Source: Geodermatophilaceae bacterium
GTDB taxonomy: Bacteria; Actinomycetota; Actinomycetes; Mycobacteriales; Geodermatophilaceae
Length of the DNA: 49,361 bases
Direction of reading: 5' to 3'
NCBI GenBank assembly: GCA_051000515.1
Contig: JBPCOF010000344.1
Location: 1-49,361 of the forward strand
The first letter of the stretch is position 1. Every line of letters begins with the position of its first letter. Positions 18,156-27,736 of the stretch are shown here, one piece after another. A program made the translations under genes and the position numbers. Below the pieces are notes generated by a model. The model made no database searches. It worked only from the letters and a program-made list of their open reading frames with translations, and was not told the origin of the DNA.

Positions 18156-18913
18156 TCGGGGTTGTCGAAGCTCAGTTGCTGGGTCTGCTGCTGATCGGCG
18201 CGGCCGAGATCGACGCGCTCGAGCAGCTCCGGTCCGTTGTTCTTGACGTTTCCCACGTCCGGACCGACGGGCCGCCGTTCCAGCGCTTCGACGACCTCCA
18301 GCGGCGTCGGGTCCAGCAGGGTGCCCGGATCCTGCTCGTTCGGATCCAGCCAGGCATCCCAGCGATCCCGAGGCAGCACGAACGGCATCCGGTCGTGGAT
18401 CTCGGCCAGCGGACCGACGGCCGGGATGGTGATCACCGTGCAGGTGAGCAGCAGATCCGGTTTGGTTCCCCAGATCTCCCACAGGCCGGCCAGGGCCAGC
18501 ACCGAGCCGTCCTCGGGGCTCATGAAGTAGGGCTGTTTCACCGCGCCTCTCGGCCCCGAGCCGGTGACCTTCCACTCGTACCAGCCGTCGGCCGGGATGA
18601 GTGCCCGGCGGCGCTCGAAAGCCTTGCGGAAGGCGGGTTTGTCGGTCACCGACTCGACCCGGGCGTTGAACATCTTCGAGCCGATCTTGCGGTCCTTTGC
18701 CCAGGACGGAACCAGGCCCCAGCTCACCACCGAGAGTTCGCGGTAGGTCGGCTGGTCATCGTCTTTGGGCTTGCGGGTACGTACGGCATACACCGGATCG
18801 GTCGGGGCCACGTTGTAGTCGGCCGGCACCGGCGGCGCGCCGTCGGCCAGGATCGCCTCGAACTCCACTTCGAGATCGTCCGGGCTGTTGCTCGCCGCGT
18901 ACCGGCCACACAT
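18152..18913 (-). CDS. SOS response-associated peptidase (SRAP/YedK family)
   Basis: The N-terminal MCGRY supplies the Cys2 nucleophile, and WGLVPSWAKD and FNARVES motifs are present. The upstream part of ORF 18152..19357 is antisense to aroA. Confidence 0.85.
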   Translation of the reverse strand: MCGRYAASNSPDDLEVEFEAILADGAPPVPADYNVAPTDPVYAVRTRKPKDDDQPTYRELSVVSWGLVPSWAKDRKIGSKMFNARVESVTDKPAFRKAFERRRALIPADGWYEWKVTGSGPRGAVKQPYFMSPEDGSVLALAGLWEIWGTKPDLLLTCTVITIPAVGPLAEIHDRMPFVLPRDRWDAWLDPNEQDPGTLLDPTPLEVVEALERRPVGPDVGNVKNNGPELLERVDLGRADQQQTQQLSFDNPE

Positions 18914-18968
18914 GTCGCCAACTCTAGGCCGCAGTGCGCGGCGGGCGAGATGGGAGACACTGGGCGTG

Positions 18969-20291
18969 ATGGACACCGCGACGCTCACCTCGACCGCGGC
19001 CTGGTCGGCGCCGTACGCTGCCGCGCCGGTCGATGCCCGGGCGACCGTCCCGGGCTCGAAGTCGATGACGAACCGAGCCCTGATCCTGTCCGCCCTCGCC
19101 GAGGGACCAAGCCGGATCGACGCTCCGCTGCGGGCCAGGGACACCGCGCTGATGGCCGATGCGCTGCGTGCGATCGGGACCGAGATCACCGACGAGACCG
19201 ATGGGTCGTGGATCGTCACGCCGCGGCACCTCGTCGGGCCCGCCGAGATCGACTGCGGGCTTGCCGGGACCGTGCTGCGGTTCGTACCCCCGGTCGCTGC
19301 CCTGGCGCGCGGGGAGGTCCGATTCGACGGGGACGCACGGATCCGGGAGCGACCCAATGGGCCCCTGATCGCCGCCCTGCGTCAACTGGGCGCCGACATC
19401 GACGACGAGGGCCGCGGTACGGCGCCGTTCGTCGTTCGCGGGACAGGGGCGCTGCCCGGCGGGTCGGTGACAGTGGATGCCACTGGCTCCTCGCAACTGA
19501 TCAGCGGCCTGCTGCTCGCCGCAGCACGCTTCGAGGCTGGGGTCGAGGTGATCGCGGCCGGCGCCGTGCCTTCAGCGCCCTACCTCGGGATGAACATCGC
19601 GATGCTGCGCGAACGTGGAGTCGACGTGGAGGCCGACGTCGACTTTGGGCGCGAACGCTGGCGGGTGGCACCGGGGGTCGTGCGGGCACGCGACGTACGA
19701 ATCGAGCCTGACCTGAACACTGCTGCCCCGTTCGCGGCCGCGGCACTGGCCACCAGTGGGCGGGTGACCATTTCCGGGTGGCCACAGTCCACGACCCAGC
19801 CCGGCGGCCAGCTGCCCAGGTGGCTGACCGCGATGGGTGCGACGTGCGCGGTCACTGCTGGGGGCTTGACGGTCAGCGGCGGCTCGGCGATCAACGGAAT
19901 CGAAGCTGATCTCGGTGAGGTCTCCGAATTGGTCCCGGTGCTCGCCGCGCTTGCCGCCCTTGCCGATTCCCCCTCGCGGTTGACCGGAGTCGCCCACATC
20001 CGCGGCCACGAGACCGATCGGATCACTGCTCTCGCGACAGAGTTGTCGGCCTGCGGCGCGGATATCAGCGAACTACCCGACGGACTCGTCATCCTCCCGC
20101 GTCCGTTGCACGGTCGATCCTTTGCTACCTATGACGACCATCGCTTGGTGATGGCCGCCGCAGTGCTCGGTCTGGCCGTCAAAGGAATCGCCGTCGTTGG
20201 CGCCTCGACCGTGGGAAAGACGATGCCCGACTTCACTCACCGCTGGCAGGCGATGCTCGACCACGGGGATTGCGGAGCAGCCATCGAGTGA
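18969..20291 (+). CDS. aroA: 3-phosphoshikimate 1-carboxyvinyltransferase (EPSP synthase)
   Basis: VPGSKSMTNRALILSALAEG, LRFVPPVAAL, RIRERPNGPL and HETDRITALATEL are present. The start is taken at ATG 18969. Confidence 0.9.
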   Translation: MDTATLTSTAAWSAPYAAAPVDARATVPGSKSMTNRALILSALAEGPSRIDAPLRARDTALMADALRAIGTEITDETDGSWIVTPRHLVGPAEIDCGLAGTVLRFVPPVAALARGEVRFDGDARIRERPNGPLIAALRQLGADIDDEGRGTAPFVVRGTGALPGGSVTVDATGSSQLISGLLLAAARFEAGVEVIAAGAVPSAPYLGMNIAMLRERGVDVEADVDFGRERWRVAPGVVRARDVRIEPDLNTAAPFAAAALATSGRVTISGWPQSTTQPGGQLPRWLTAMGATCAVTAGGLTVSGGSAINGIEADLGEVSELVPVLAALAALADSPSRLTGVAHIRGHETDRITALATELSACGADISELPDGLVILPRPLHGRSFATYDDHRLVMAAAVLGLAVKGIAVVGASTVGKTMPDFTHRWQAMLDHGDCGAAIE

Positions 20292-21304
20292 GTTCTCGCG
20301 GCTCGCACATCGACAGTGATCGCTACGACGAGGACTCGGTCCGGGTTCGTCCCTCGCGGCACGGTTCACGGGCACGTACGCGTACCCGCCCGGCACACGA
20401 GGACGCCCGGTTCGGGGTCGTGCTCATCGTTGACCGTGGTCGGTTCAGGTGTCTGGTCGACGGCGAGCCGGTCACGGCCATGCGGGCCAGAGAGCTCGGC
20501 CGGCGGGCCATCGTCGTCGGTGACCACGTCCGCATCGTCGGTGACATGTCGGGTGGGGCAGATGCCTTGGCGCGCATCGTGACCGTGCACGAGCGAGCGA
20601 GTGAGCTACGCCGTACGGCCGATGACACCGATCCCACCGAGCGGGTCGTGGTGGCGAATGCGGATCAGCTCGTGATCGTGACGGCGATCGCCGATCCACC
20701 GCCGCGGACCGGCTTCATCGACCGGTGCCTGGTGGCCGCCTTCACTGCGGGCCTGGATCCGCTGCTCTGCCTGACCAAGGGCGATCTCGGTGATGCCACG
20801 GCACTGTTCGACACCTACGATGTGTTGTCCGTGGCCGCCGTCGTGGTTCGCCACGATGCGCCACTGGACTCCTTGGCCGGGCGCCTGCACGGGCGCACGA
20901 GTGTCCTCATCGGACATTCGGGAGTCGGCAAGTCCAGCTTGGTCAATCGGCTGGTCCCGGACGCCGATCGCGCGATCGGGGATGTGAGCAAGATCGGCAA
21001 GGGCCGGCACACCTCGTCCTCGGCGATCCTGTTGCCGCTGCCAGGTGGCGGTTCGGTGATCGACACGCCCGGTATTCGCTCCTTCGGTCTAGCGCATGTC
21101 AGCGCCGACGACCTGCTGAGCGCATTCGCCGATCTGGCCCAGGGAGCCGAGCAGTGCCCGCCTGGTTGTGCGCACATGGATGCCGCGGACGGCTGTGCCC
21201 TGGATGCGTGGGTCGCCGACGGTCACGCCGAAACGGAGCGTCTGGAGTCATACCGGCGGCTCGCGGGTGCTCGGCGCGCGGATCCGGAGGACCTCACGCG
21301 CTAA
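20288..21304 (+). CDS. rsgA: Ribosome small-subunit-dependent GTPase A
   Basis: It is a circularly permuted GTPase: LTKGDL precedes the P-loop GHSGVGKSSLVNRL. A C-terminal zinc knuckle CPPGCAHMDAADGC is present. The GTG start overlaps the aroA stop (GTGA). Confidence 0.85.
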   Translation: MSSRGSHIDSDRYDEDSVRVRPSRHGSRARTRTRPAHEDARFGVVLIVDRGRFRCLVDGEPVTAMRARELGRRAIVVGDHVRIVGDMSGGADALARIVTVHERASELRRTADDTDPTERVVVANADQLVIVTAIADPPPRTGFIDRCLVAAFTAGLDPLLCLTKGDLGDATALFDTYDVLSVAAVVVRHDAPLDSLAGRLHGRTSVLIGHSGVGKSSLVNRLVPDADRAIGDVSKIGKGRHTSSSAILLPLPGGGSVIDTPGIRSFGLAHVSADDLLSAFADLAQGAEQCPPGCAHMDAADGCALDAWVADGHAETERLESYRRLAGARRADPEDLTR

Positions 21305-21313
21305 CGTTCGCGC

Positions 21314-22201
21314 GTGGTCGATGCCTCGGGGGGACCAAGCCGGTTCGCTGAGGACCTGCGCTTGGCCCATGCCCTCGCCGACGGTGTCGACTCGATGGCG
21401 CTGGAGCGCTTCCGCGCTCAGGACCTGACGATCTCGACCAAGGCGGACCAGACGCCGGTCACTGATGTCGACCGGACCATCGAAGACGCGCTGCGTTCCA
21501 CGCTGTCCCGGGTACGGCCGCGCGATGCGGTGCTGGGTGAGGAGTACGGCGAGTCCGGCCACGGATCGCGCCGATGGGTGATCGACCCGATCGACGGTAC
21601 GAAGAACTTCGTCCGCGGCGTGCCTGTCTGGGCTGTGCTCATCGCCCTGATGGACGGCGACGACGTGGTCGTCGGCCTGGTGGCCGCGCCTGGGCTGCAA
21701 CGACGTTGGTGGGCATGCAAGGACGGTGGCGCGTGGACCGGCCGAAGTCTGAGTGCCGCATCCCGCTGCGAGGTCTCGTCAGTCGACTCGATGCCTGATG
21801 CCTTTCTGTCGTACTCCAGCCTCGGAGGCTGGGCGGAGCGCTACCGGTTGGAGAACTTCCTGCACCTGACCCGCTCCGTCGGGCGGACCCGCGCGTACGG
21901 CGACTTCTGGTCCTACATGCTCCTCGCCCAGGGTGCCGTCGACATCGCCTGCGAGCCGGAGGTCTCACTCTGGGATCTCGCCGCGCCATCGGTGATCGTC
22001 ACCGAGGCCGGGGGCCGATTCACCGATCTGTCCGGTGTGGACGGTCCGGCCGGAGGAAGCGCAGTAGCGACCAACGGGACGCTGCATGACGGTGTGCTGG
22101 AACTACTCTCGCGAGATCTGTCCCAGGACGACGAGCCAGACCCCGACGAGACTGCGACGCAATCCAGCGAGGACCGCCACGGCATGTGCGCCGGACCTTG
22201 A
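21314..22201 (+). CDS. hisN: Inositol monophosphatase family protein, HisN-type histidinol-phosphatase
   Basis: IMPase motifs are TPVTDVDRTIE, LGEEYG and WVIDPIDGTKNFVRGVPVWAVLIAL. The N-terminal DLRLAHALAD pattern is typical of actinobacterial HisN (memory). Confidence 0.7.
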   Translation: MVDASGGPSRFAEDLRLAHALADGVDSMALERFRAQDLTISTKADQTPVTDVDRTIEDALRSTLSRVRPRDAVLGEEYGESGHGSRRWVIDPIDGTKNFVRGVPVWAVLIALMDGDDVVVGLVAAPGLQRRWWACKDGGAWTGRSLSAASRCEVSSVDSMPDAFLSYSSLGGWAERYRLENFLHLTRSVGRTRAYGDFWSYMLLAQGAVDIACEPEVSLWDLAAPSVIVTEAGGRFTDLSGVDGPAGGSAVATNGTLHDGVLELLSRDLSQDDEPDPDETATQSSEDRHGMCAGP

Positions 22202-22754
22202 CAACTGGGAGTCAGGGCTGCCTCGCGGCTTGCCACGGCTCCACGCAGCGACGAGGGGCGACGGTCGCCTGGGTGTGTTTCGAACCCAGCGTTGGCTCAC
22301 CTCATTCATTGGCGACCGGTGCCATGGTTTGCGCCCTCCCCGACCACGTTTCAAGCAAGCGTGAGCGATATGGGCGACATGCGCGCCGAGTTGGCCGAAG
22401 CGGTCAGCCTCGGCCAGCTGGACGAGGTAGCCGACAGTCCCCGTCGTGGAACAACACTCCCGTCGTGACCGTCGCCGACCCAGGACGGGAGTTCGCCTTC
22501 AGCCGTACCGAGAAGTTCGCCGGCACCATCGTCTGGCGCTACCTGCTCGAGCCCGAGGGCAGCCGAACGCAGCTGACGGAGTCCTACACGGTCCTGGAGC
22601 CGGTCAGTCGGCTCGGCTGGTTCGTCACGAGAAGCTGTTCGGCAACGGCGATCTTCGTCGCGGCATGACGGAGACGTTGCGCCGAGTCAGTACTGCCGCC
22701 GAAAGCGACCAGCGCGCCCTGGATTCCAAGATCGCCGAGCCGCAAGCAGGTTAG
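22200..22754 (+). pseudogene. Decayed SRPBCC (START/polyketide-cyclase-like) gene with several frameshifts
   Basis: SRPBCC-like segments lie in different frames. WNNTPVVTVADPGREFAFSRTEKFAGTIVWRYLLEPEGSRTQLTESYTVLEPVSRLGWFV is in frame A. HEKLFGNGDLRRGMTETLRRVSTAAE is in frame A+2. The N-terminal pieces are again shifted. Confidence 0.4.
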
Positions 22755-22840
22755 GTCGGCGGTGCGGCAGCCCAACGACTTTCGTCATTCTTGCACTACT
22801 GGAAGCACAGACACGCAGCCGGACAACCTATCGTCCACCC

Positions 22841-23296
22841 ATGACTGAACGCTGGCGACATGACGGAGTCCACGTCGTACCTTCGGATTCCCTCGACAAC
22901 AACACTCCGCAGACACCGGGAATGCTGCGCGCGGCGGCGATCTCGTACGCGCGTACCGGAGCCACCGCGCTGTGGGCCGGCACAGTGACCATCGAACCCA
23001 ACGCCAAAACCGGTGCGCACCATCACGGTGCGGTGGAAAGTGTCATCTACGTCGTCAGCGGCCGGGCCCGCATGCGATGGGGAGAGCGGCTCGAGTACAC
23101 AGCCGAGGCCGGTCCAGGTGCCTTCATCCACGTACCACCGCACGTTCCGCATCAGGAGATCAACGCCTCGGCCGAGGAGCCCTTGGTCTGTGTGCTGACT
23201 CGCAGCGGTCAGGAACCGGTGGTGGTCAACCTGGACATCGACGGCATCGAGGATGCGACCGAAGTCCGGTGGCGTGATCGGCTGCACGGCCCCTGA
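22841..23296 (+). CDS. Cupin domain protein
   Basis: Cupin motifs are GAHHHGAVESVIYVVSG (motif 1) and FIHVPPHVPHQEIN (motif 2). Confidence 0.75.
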   Translation: MTERWRHDGVHVVPSDSLDNNTPQTPGMLRAAAISYARTGATALWAGTVTIEPNAKTGAHHHGAVESVIYVVSGRARMRWGERLEYTAEAGPGAFIHVPPHVPHQEINASAEEPLVCVLTRSGQEPVVVNLDIDGIEDATEVRWRDRLHGP

Positions 23297-23300
23297 CAAC

Positions 23301-23332
23301 AAGAGGTCCCTGACGACTGTCAGGGACCTCTT
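23301..23332. terminator. Perfect 14-bp stem / 4-nt loop hairpin between the cupin gene and tRNA
   Basis: AAGAGGTCCCTGAC-gact-GTCAGGGACCTCTT lies 5 nt after the cupin stop and 6 nt after the tRNA 3' end. No strong U-tract is present. Confidence 0.5.
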
Positions 23333-23337
23333 CGTTG

Positions 23338-23411
23338 TAGCGGGGGCAGGATTTGAACCTGCGACCTCTGGGTTATGAGCCCAGCGAGCTACCGAGCTGC
23401 TCCACCCCGCG
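23338..23411 (-). tRNA. Initiator tRNA-Met (CAT)
   Basis: Minus strand reads CGCGGGGTGGAGCAGCTCGGTAGCTCGCTGGGCTCATAACCCAGAGGTCGCAGGTTCAAATCCTGCCCCCGCTA. It has a CAT anticodon, three G-C pairs closing the anticodon stem, and a 1:72 mismatch (C-U). It is near-identical in layout to E. coli tRNA-fMet. CCA is not encoded. Confidence 0.9.
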
Positions 23412-23470
23412 TCGGTATGCCCAGTCTAGGCGACTTGCGGCACTTCGGCACAACCGGGGTGCGAGTCTGA

Positions 23471-23532
23471 GTTGATCATCGGCAAACGGCTGGTTCGCCA
23501 GGGATAAAACCCCTCGTTTGCCGATGATCAAC
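23471..23532. terminator. Perfect 18-bp inverted repeat with 26-nt loop downstream of the UPF0182 gene
   Basis: GTTGATCATCGGCAAACG (23471-23488) pairs with CGTTTGCCGATGATCAAC (23515-23532). It lies 22 nt after the UPF0182 stop on the minus strand and upstream of the tRNA promoter region (a candidate -10 TAGACT at 23423-23428). Confidence 0.4.
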
Positions 23533-23553
23533 TTTCGTCCGGCGTTCGCGTCG

Positions 23554-26535
23554 CTAGCCGCCGCCGTCTGCCCCTCCGCATGCCTCGTAGGCCGCCGCAT
23601 AGGCGTCGGTGGCTGCGGCCAGCGCCGATTGTGCGGTACCGATTCCGCTGAAGTCACCGGACTGCTGCGCTGCAGCCAGGGCATCCAGAGCGGCACTGAT
23701 GTCGGCTGCCGCCGCTGCCACCAATGCCTGGTCGCACTCGGCCGGCGCCCCCGTCCCCGGATCCGGACTCGGCGTGGGCGATGGCGTTGGCGTTGGCGCA
23801 CCCGGATCCGTGGGAGCCGGGTCCGCGCCGCCGTCGGCGGCCCCCTCCCCGGCGCCGGGTCCGAACACCTGATCCAAGGCTTCGGCCAGGGTGTCGGCGT
23901 AGCCCACGTCACCCGCGAAGTTGACCAGGACCTTCTGCAGCAACGGGAAGCCGTTCTCCCCGGTGCCCTGCACATACAACGGCTCGATGTAGAGCAGCCC
24001 GCCCTCTCCGATCGGCAGTGTCAACAGATTGCCGAACACGGCGTCGGACTCGGCCGAGTCGAACAGGGTCAGGTCAGGTCTCACCTCGTTGTTGGTGATG
24101 AAGGCCTGCTGCACCTGTTGCGGTCCTCGGTACGGCGTATCCCCCGGTAATCGCAGGACCTGGAGCTCGCCGTAGTTCTCCGGATCCGAGGACGCGGAGA
24201 CAAAGGCGGACAGGTTCTGGCGTTCCAGCGCGTTCAGCGCGCTGGTCAGCTGGAAGCTCGCCGCGTCGTCACCAGGTCGTTGGGCGAGGATGTAATAGGG
24301 CGGCTGCACCTCGGTCGAGTTCGCGTCGGTCGGGTCGTCGGGGACCTGCCAGAAGTCATCAGAGTTGTAGAAGGCCACCGGGTCATCCACGTGATACTTG
24401 GTCAACAGATCGCGCTGCACCTTGAACAGATCCTCCGGGTAGCGGAAATGTTCGCGGAGGTCATCGCTGATCTCGCTCTCCGGCGTGATCAGATCCGGGA
24501 ACGCCGACATCCAGGTGGCCAGCACCGGATCCTCGGTGTCGAACTGGTACAGCGTCACCGTGCCGTCGAAGGCGTCCACGGTGGCCTTGACCGAGTTCCG
24601 GATGTAGTTGACCTGGTCGTTGGCCAGCGCAGTCGTGCCCTGACCGGTCAGCGAGTCCTGGGTCACCTCTCCGAGTTCCTGCTCGAACGAGTACGGGTAG
24701 CTGTTCAGCGTGGTGTACCCGTCCAGGATCCACACGATCCGGCCGTCGATCACCGCCGGATACGGATCACCATCCATCTCCAGGAACGGCGCCGCCTTCT
24801 CGACCCGGTCGCGCGGATCGCGGACGTACATCACCCGGGATTCGTCGTTGAGTTCACCCGAGAGCAGGAAGTTGCGTTCCCGGTACTCGATGGCGAAGAC
24901 CAGCTGGCGGAACAGACTGCCCACCGACACCCCGCCCTCACCGTCGTAGGTGGAGTTCGTTGGGTCGGCCGTGGCACCGCCGCCCTCGGGCCGGTCGAAT
25001 TCGCGGGGCGCGGAGTCCGCGGGTGCGCCGACGACGGAGTAGGTCTCGTCGAAGAGCTCCCCGTAGTAGATCCGGGACTGCTCCACCTCGATGTTGCCCC
25101 GGACTGGCAGGTCGAGGGTCGTGAAGTCCGGTTCGCCACCCTCCGCGCCAGCCACGACCGTGTTGGCCGGCGCAGCGACGAAGCCGTTCCCGTGTGTGAA
25201 CACCGTGTGCATGTTGATCCAGTTGGTCTGGCTCTCGGTCAGTGCATTGATGTCGAGTTCGCGTACGGCGACCACATAGTCCTGGGTGACCCCGTCGATC
25301 GTGTACCGGTCGATGTCCAGCTTCTCCGGGAAGCCGTAGACGTTGCGGATCTGCTGGCGCGCAGTGAATGTCGCGGAGAGCACGTTCGGGTCCAGGAGCC
25401 GGGCGTTGGGGATGGTCTCGGTGTCGTTACGCAGCTCCTCGGGAGTGGCTGCGGTCCCCGGATCCTGGGTGTAGTCCACGTAGTCCACATCGGTGATCCC
25501 GTACGCCTCACGGGTCGCTTCGATCGCGCGATCGATGAAGTCCGCCTCACGCTGGTTGGCGCTGGGTTGGACGAAGAACTGCTGCATGATCGCCGGGAAC
25601 GCGACTCCGATGACCAGGCTGGTCAGCATGAGCAGCACCAGCGCGACGGCCGGGAGCACGAAGTTCTTCACCAGGATGTTGGCCAGCATGGCCACCGCGC
25701 AGATGACGGCGACGAACATCAGGATGGTCTTGGCCGGCAACAGGGCATTGACATCGGTGTAGGAAGCCCCGGTGAACACCTCGCCTCGGTCGGAGTACAC
25801 CAGGCCGAAGCGGTCGAGGTAGTACGCAATTGCCTTGAGTAGCACGAAGAGTCCGAGCAGCACCGACAGGTGCACCCGCGCAGCGACCGACAACTTCTGC
25901 CCTGGTGTCTGCAACCGGATCCCACCGAAGAGGTAGTGCGTGCCGGCGGCCGCGATCAGGGACAGCAGCACGATCGCAAAGGCGAATCCGAGCAGGAATC
26001 GGTAGAACGGGTAGTCAAAGGCAAAGAAGGAGATGTCGCGGCCGAACTGCGCATCCGTGGTGCCGAACTGTTGGCCGTTGCGCCACAGCAGCCACGTCTG
26101 CCAGCTGCCTTGCGCGGTGAAGCCGGCGAACAGCGCCAGCACGACGCTGCCGGTGATGATGGCCAGCTTGCGGCGCGGCTCGACGCTGCGCCGGTAGCGC
26201 TCGAGGTTCTGCTGTTCCAAGGACATCGGACGGAAGGCGGGCTTGAACCGATAGGCCAGATACAGGTTCAGGGCGACGATGGCACCCATGGCGATCGCAG
26301 CCAACGCGAACAGCAGCGCCCGGGTCTGGATCTCGGTCCAGAACACATTGGTGAACCCGGTCTCCTCGAACCACAGGAAGTCGACGTAGACACCGGTCAG
26401 CGTGCCGACGACGACGAACAGGGCGATGAGCACCCCGACGGCGCCGAGCACGACCTTGGCACGTCGAGAAAGGGTCGGCACCGGAAGGGGAGACCGCATC
26501 GTCACGGGTAAGGCTCCTGGGAGAGGGTCGTGCAC
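23554..26535 (-). CDS. UPF0182 family polytopic membrane protein
   Basis: The protein is about 990 aa. N-terminal TM helices include YVDFLWFEETGFTNVFW, followed by a large extracytoplasmic domain and a Pro/Thr/Ala-rich tail. This matches the Rv3193c-type family (memory). The start could be at M13 (26499). Confidence 0.85.
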   Translation of the reverse strand: MHDPLPGALPVTMRSPLPVPTLSRRAKVVLGAVGVLIALFVVVGTLTGVYVDFLWFEETGFTNVFWTEIQTRALLFALAAIAMGAIVALNLYLAYRFKPAFRPMSLEQQNLERYRRSVEPRRKLAIITGSVVLALFAGFTAQGSWQTWLLWRNGQQFGTTDAQFGRDISFFAFDYPFYRFLLGFAFAIVLLSLIAAAGTHYLFGGIRLQTPGQKLSVAARVHLSVLLGLFVLLKAIAYYLDRFGLVYSDRGEVFTGASYTDVNALLPAKTILMFVAVICAVAMLANILVKNFVLPAVALVLLMLTSLVIGVAFPAIMQQFFVQPSANQREADFIDRAIEATREAYGITDVDYVDYTQDPGTAATPEELRNDTETIPNARLLDPNVLSATFTARQQIRNVYGFPEKLDIDRYTIDGVTQDYVVAVRELDINALTESQTNWINMHTVFTHGNGFVAAPANTVVAGAEGGEPDFTTLDLPVRGNIEVEQSRIYYGELFDETYSVVGAPADSAPREFDRPEGGGATADPTNSTYDGEGGVSVGSLFRQLVFAIEYRERNFLLSGELNDESRVMYVRDPRDRVEKAAPFLEMDGDPYPAVIDGRIVWILDGYTTLNSYPYSFEQELGEVTQDSLTGQGTTALANDQVNYIRNSVKATVDAFDGTVTLYQFDTEDPVLATWMSAFPDLITPESEISDDLREHFRYPEDLFKVQRDLLTKYHVDDPVAFYNSDDFWQVPDDPTDANSTEVQPPYYILAQRPGDDAASFQLTSALNALERQNLSAFVSASSDPENYGELQVLRLPGDTPYRGPQQVQQAFITNNEVRPDLTLFDSAESDAVFGNLLTLPIGEGGLLYIEPLYVQGTGENGFPLLQKVLVNFAGDVGYADTLAEALDQVFGPGAGEGAADGGADPAPTDPGAPTPTPSPTPSPDPGTGAPAECDQALVAAAAADISAALDALAAAQQSGDFSGIGTAQSALAAATDAYAAAYEACGGADGGG

Positions 26536-26650
26536 ATGGACAAGGGTGCTGCTGGGAACGCCGCAAAAGGCGGCCCGGTAAGAGAACTACAGGAGCGGGT
26601 ACGGGGTTCCCGGCCACACCCGATCGTGACCTGAGAGTGCGCCATCGAGC

Positions 26651-27673
26651 TCAGCATGACGGTGGTGCCCGTCCCGCGCGGACGTCGGCCAGTCCGCTGA
26701 TCGCGTCGTCGAGGGTCGCGACGCTGGCCAGGGCGAGTCCCTCGGGCACCTGCAGCAGCGCCTCGGCGCAGTTCGCCTCGGGTACCAGGAAGATCTGGGC
26801 GTCGAGGTTGTCGGCCGCGATCATCTTCAATCTGATGCCGCCGATCGGACCGACGACACCCTTGTTGTCGATCGTGCCGGTTCCGAAGATCGGGTCCCCG
26901 CCGGTGAGGTCATCGTCCCCCACCAGATCGAGAATGCCGAGGGTGAGCATCAGTCCGGCCGACGGACCGCCGACCTCGTCGACCCGGATCTCCACGTCGA
27001 ACGGTGCCGAGCGCGCGTCGGCCACGAGGACCCCGAGCACCGACCCCTCCCGGTCGGTCGCCTCGCCGGTGGTGATCGAGACGGTGGACTCGCGGTCGAG
27101 GCGGGTCCGTACCACGTCCACGGTGCTGCCCACAGGGATGGCGGTCAAGACGGCGGCCACGGCGGCCAGGTCCGGGGTGGGCCGGCCGTCGATCGACTCG
27201 ATGGCGTCCCCGGCCAGCAGCCGGCCCTGGGACGGCGAATCAGCACTGAGTTCCTGGACGACGACCTTGAGCGGGAAGCCGAGTTCGTTGAAGGCTGCCT
27301 GTTCGGCGGACTGCTGGGAGTTCAGGAAGTCGGCCCGGTTGGCTTGGTCGACCTGTTCCTCGGACTGATCGGGTGGGTAGATCTCCTCGCGCGGCACGAT
27401 CGCCACCTCGTCGTCGAACCAACCCTCCAGCGCGGTGAAGAAGTCGATCCGGTCATAGACGGCCACAGTGGTCAGGCTCAACAACCCGCTGGTGTCGTTG
27501 GTCTCGGTCCCGGTGACGGTGATGATCGGGTTCCCGCTCGGCCCTTCGCCCAGGGTGTCGTAGGTCGGGCCCGGAGTCAGCGCGACGTACGGCACAGGCA
27601 GCAGGACTCCGAGGCCGCCGAGGGTGAGTAGGAGGACGACGCCCACCACCAAAGTGCCCAGTCGTCGGCTCAC
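26651..27673 (-). CDS. PDZ domain-containing Lon-like (S16) protease, YlbL type
   Basis: It has an N-terminal TM helix, a PDZ segment (LLAGDAIESIDGRPT) and a Lon C-terminal protease domain (GPSAGLMLTLGILD, GTGTID). GTG start at 27671-27673. Confidence 0.8.
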   Translation of the reverse strand: MSRRLGTLVVGVVLLLTLGGLGVLLPVPYVALTPGPTYDTLGEGPSGNPIITVTGTETNDTSGLLSLTTVAVYDRIDFFTALEGWFDDEVAIVPREEIYPPDQSEEQVDQANRADFLNSQQSAEQAAFNELGFPLKVVVQELSADSPSQGRLLAGDAIESIDGRPTPDLAAVAAVLTAIPVGSTVDVVRTRLDRESTVSITTGEATDREGSVLGVLVADARSAPFDVEIRVDEVGGPSAGLMLTLGILDLVGDDDLTGGDPIFGTGTIDNKGVVGPIGGIRLKMIAADNLDAQIFLVPEANCAEALLQVPEGLALASVATLDDAISGLADVRAGRAPPSC

Positions 27674-27736
27674 TGCTGACCCGCCTCGTGCGCTCCGCGC
27701 ACCGCTCGCTCCGCTCCTCGGGCCGTGAATGGCCCT

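Noticed and set aside
23338-23411. tRNA gene as an integration site of a mobile element
   Set aside because: There is no integrase, no duplicated tRNA 3' end and no compositional shift on either side. The flanking genes are conserved core genes.
23373-23975. 200-aa minus-strand ORF
   Set aside because: It overlaps the tRNA-fMet gene and the real C-terminus of UPF0182 in another frame. It is Arg/Pro-rich.
24280-25842. 520-aa + strand ORF (and 25870..26511)
   Set aside because: It is antisense to the UPF0182 gene, whose TM topology and family pattern are convincing. The antisense translation has no motifs.
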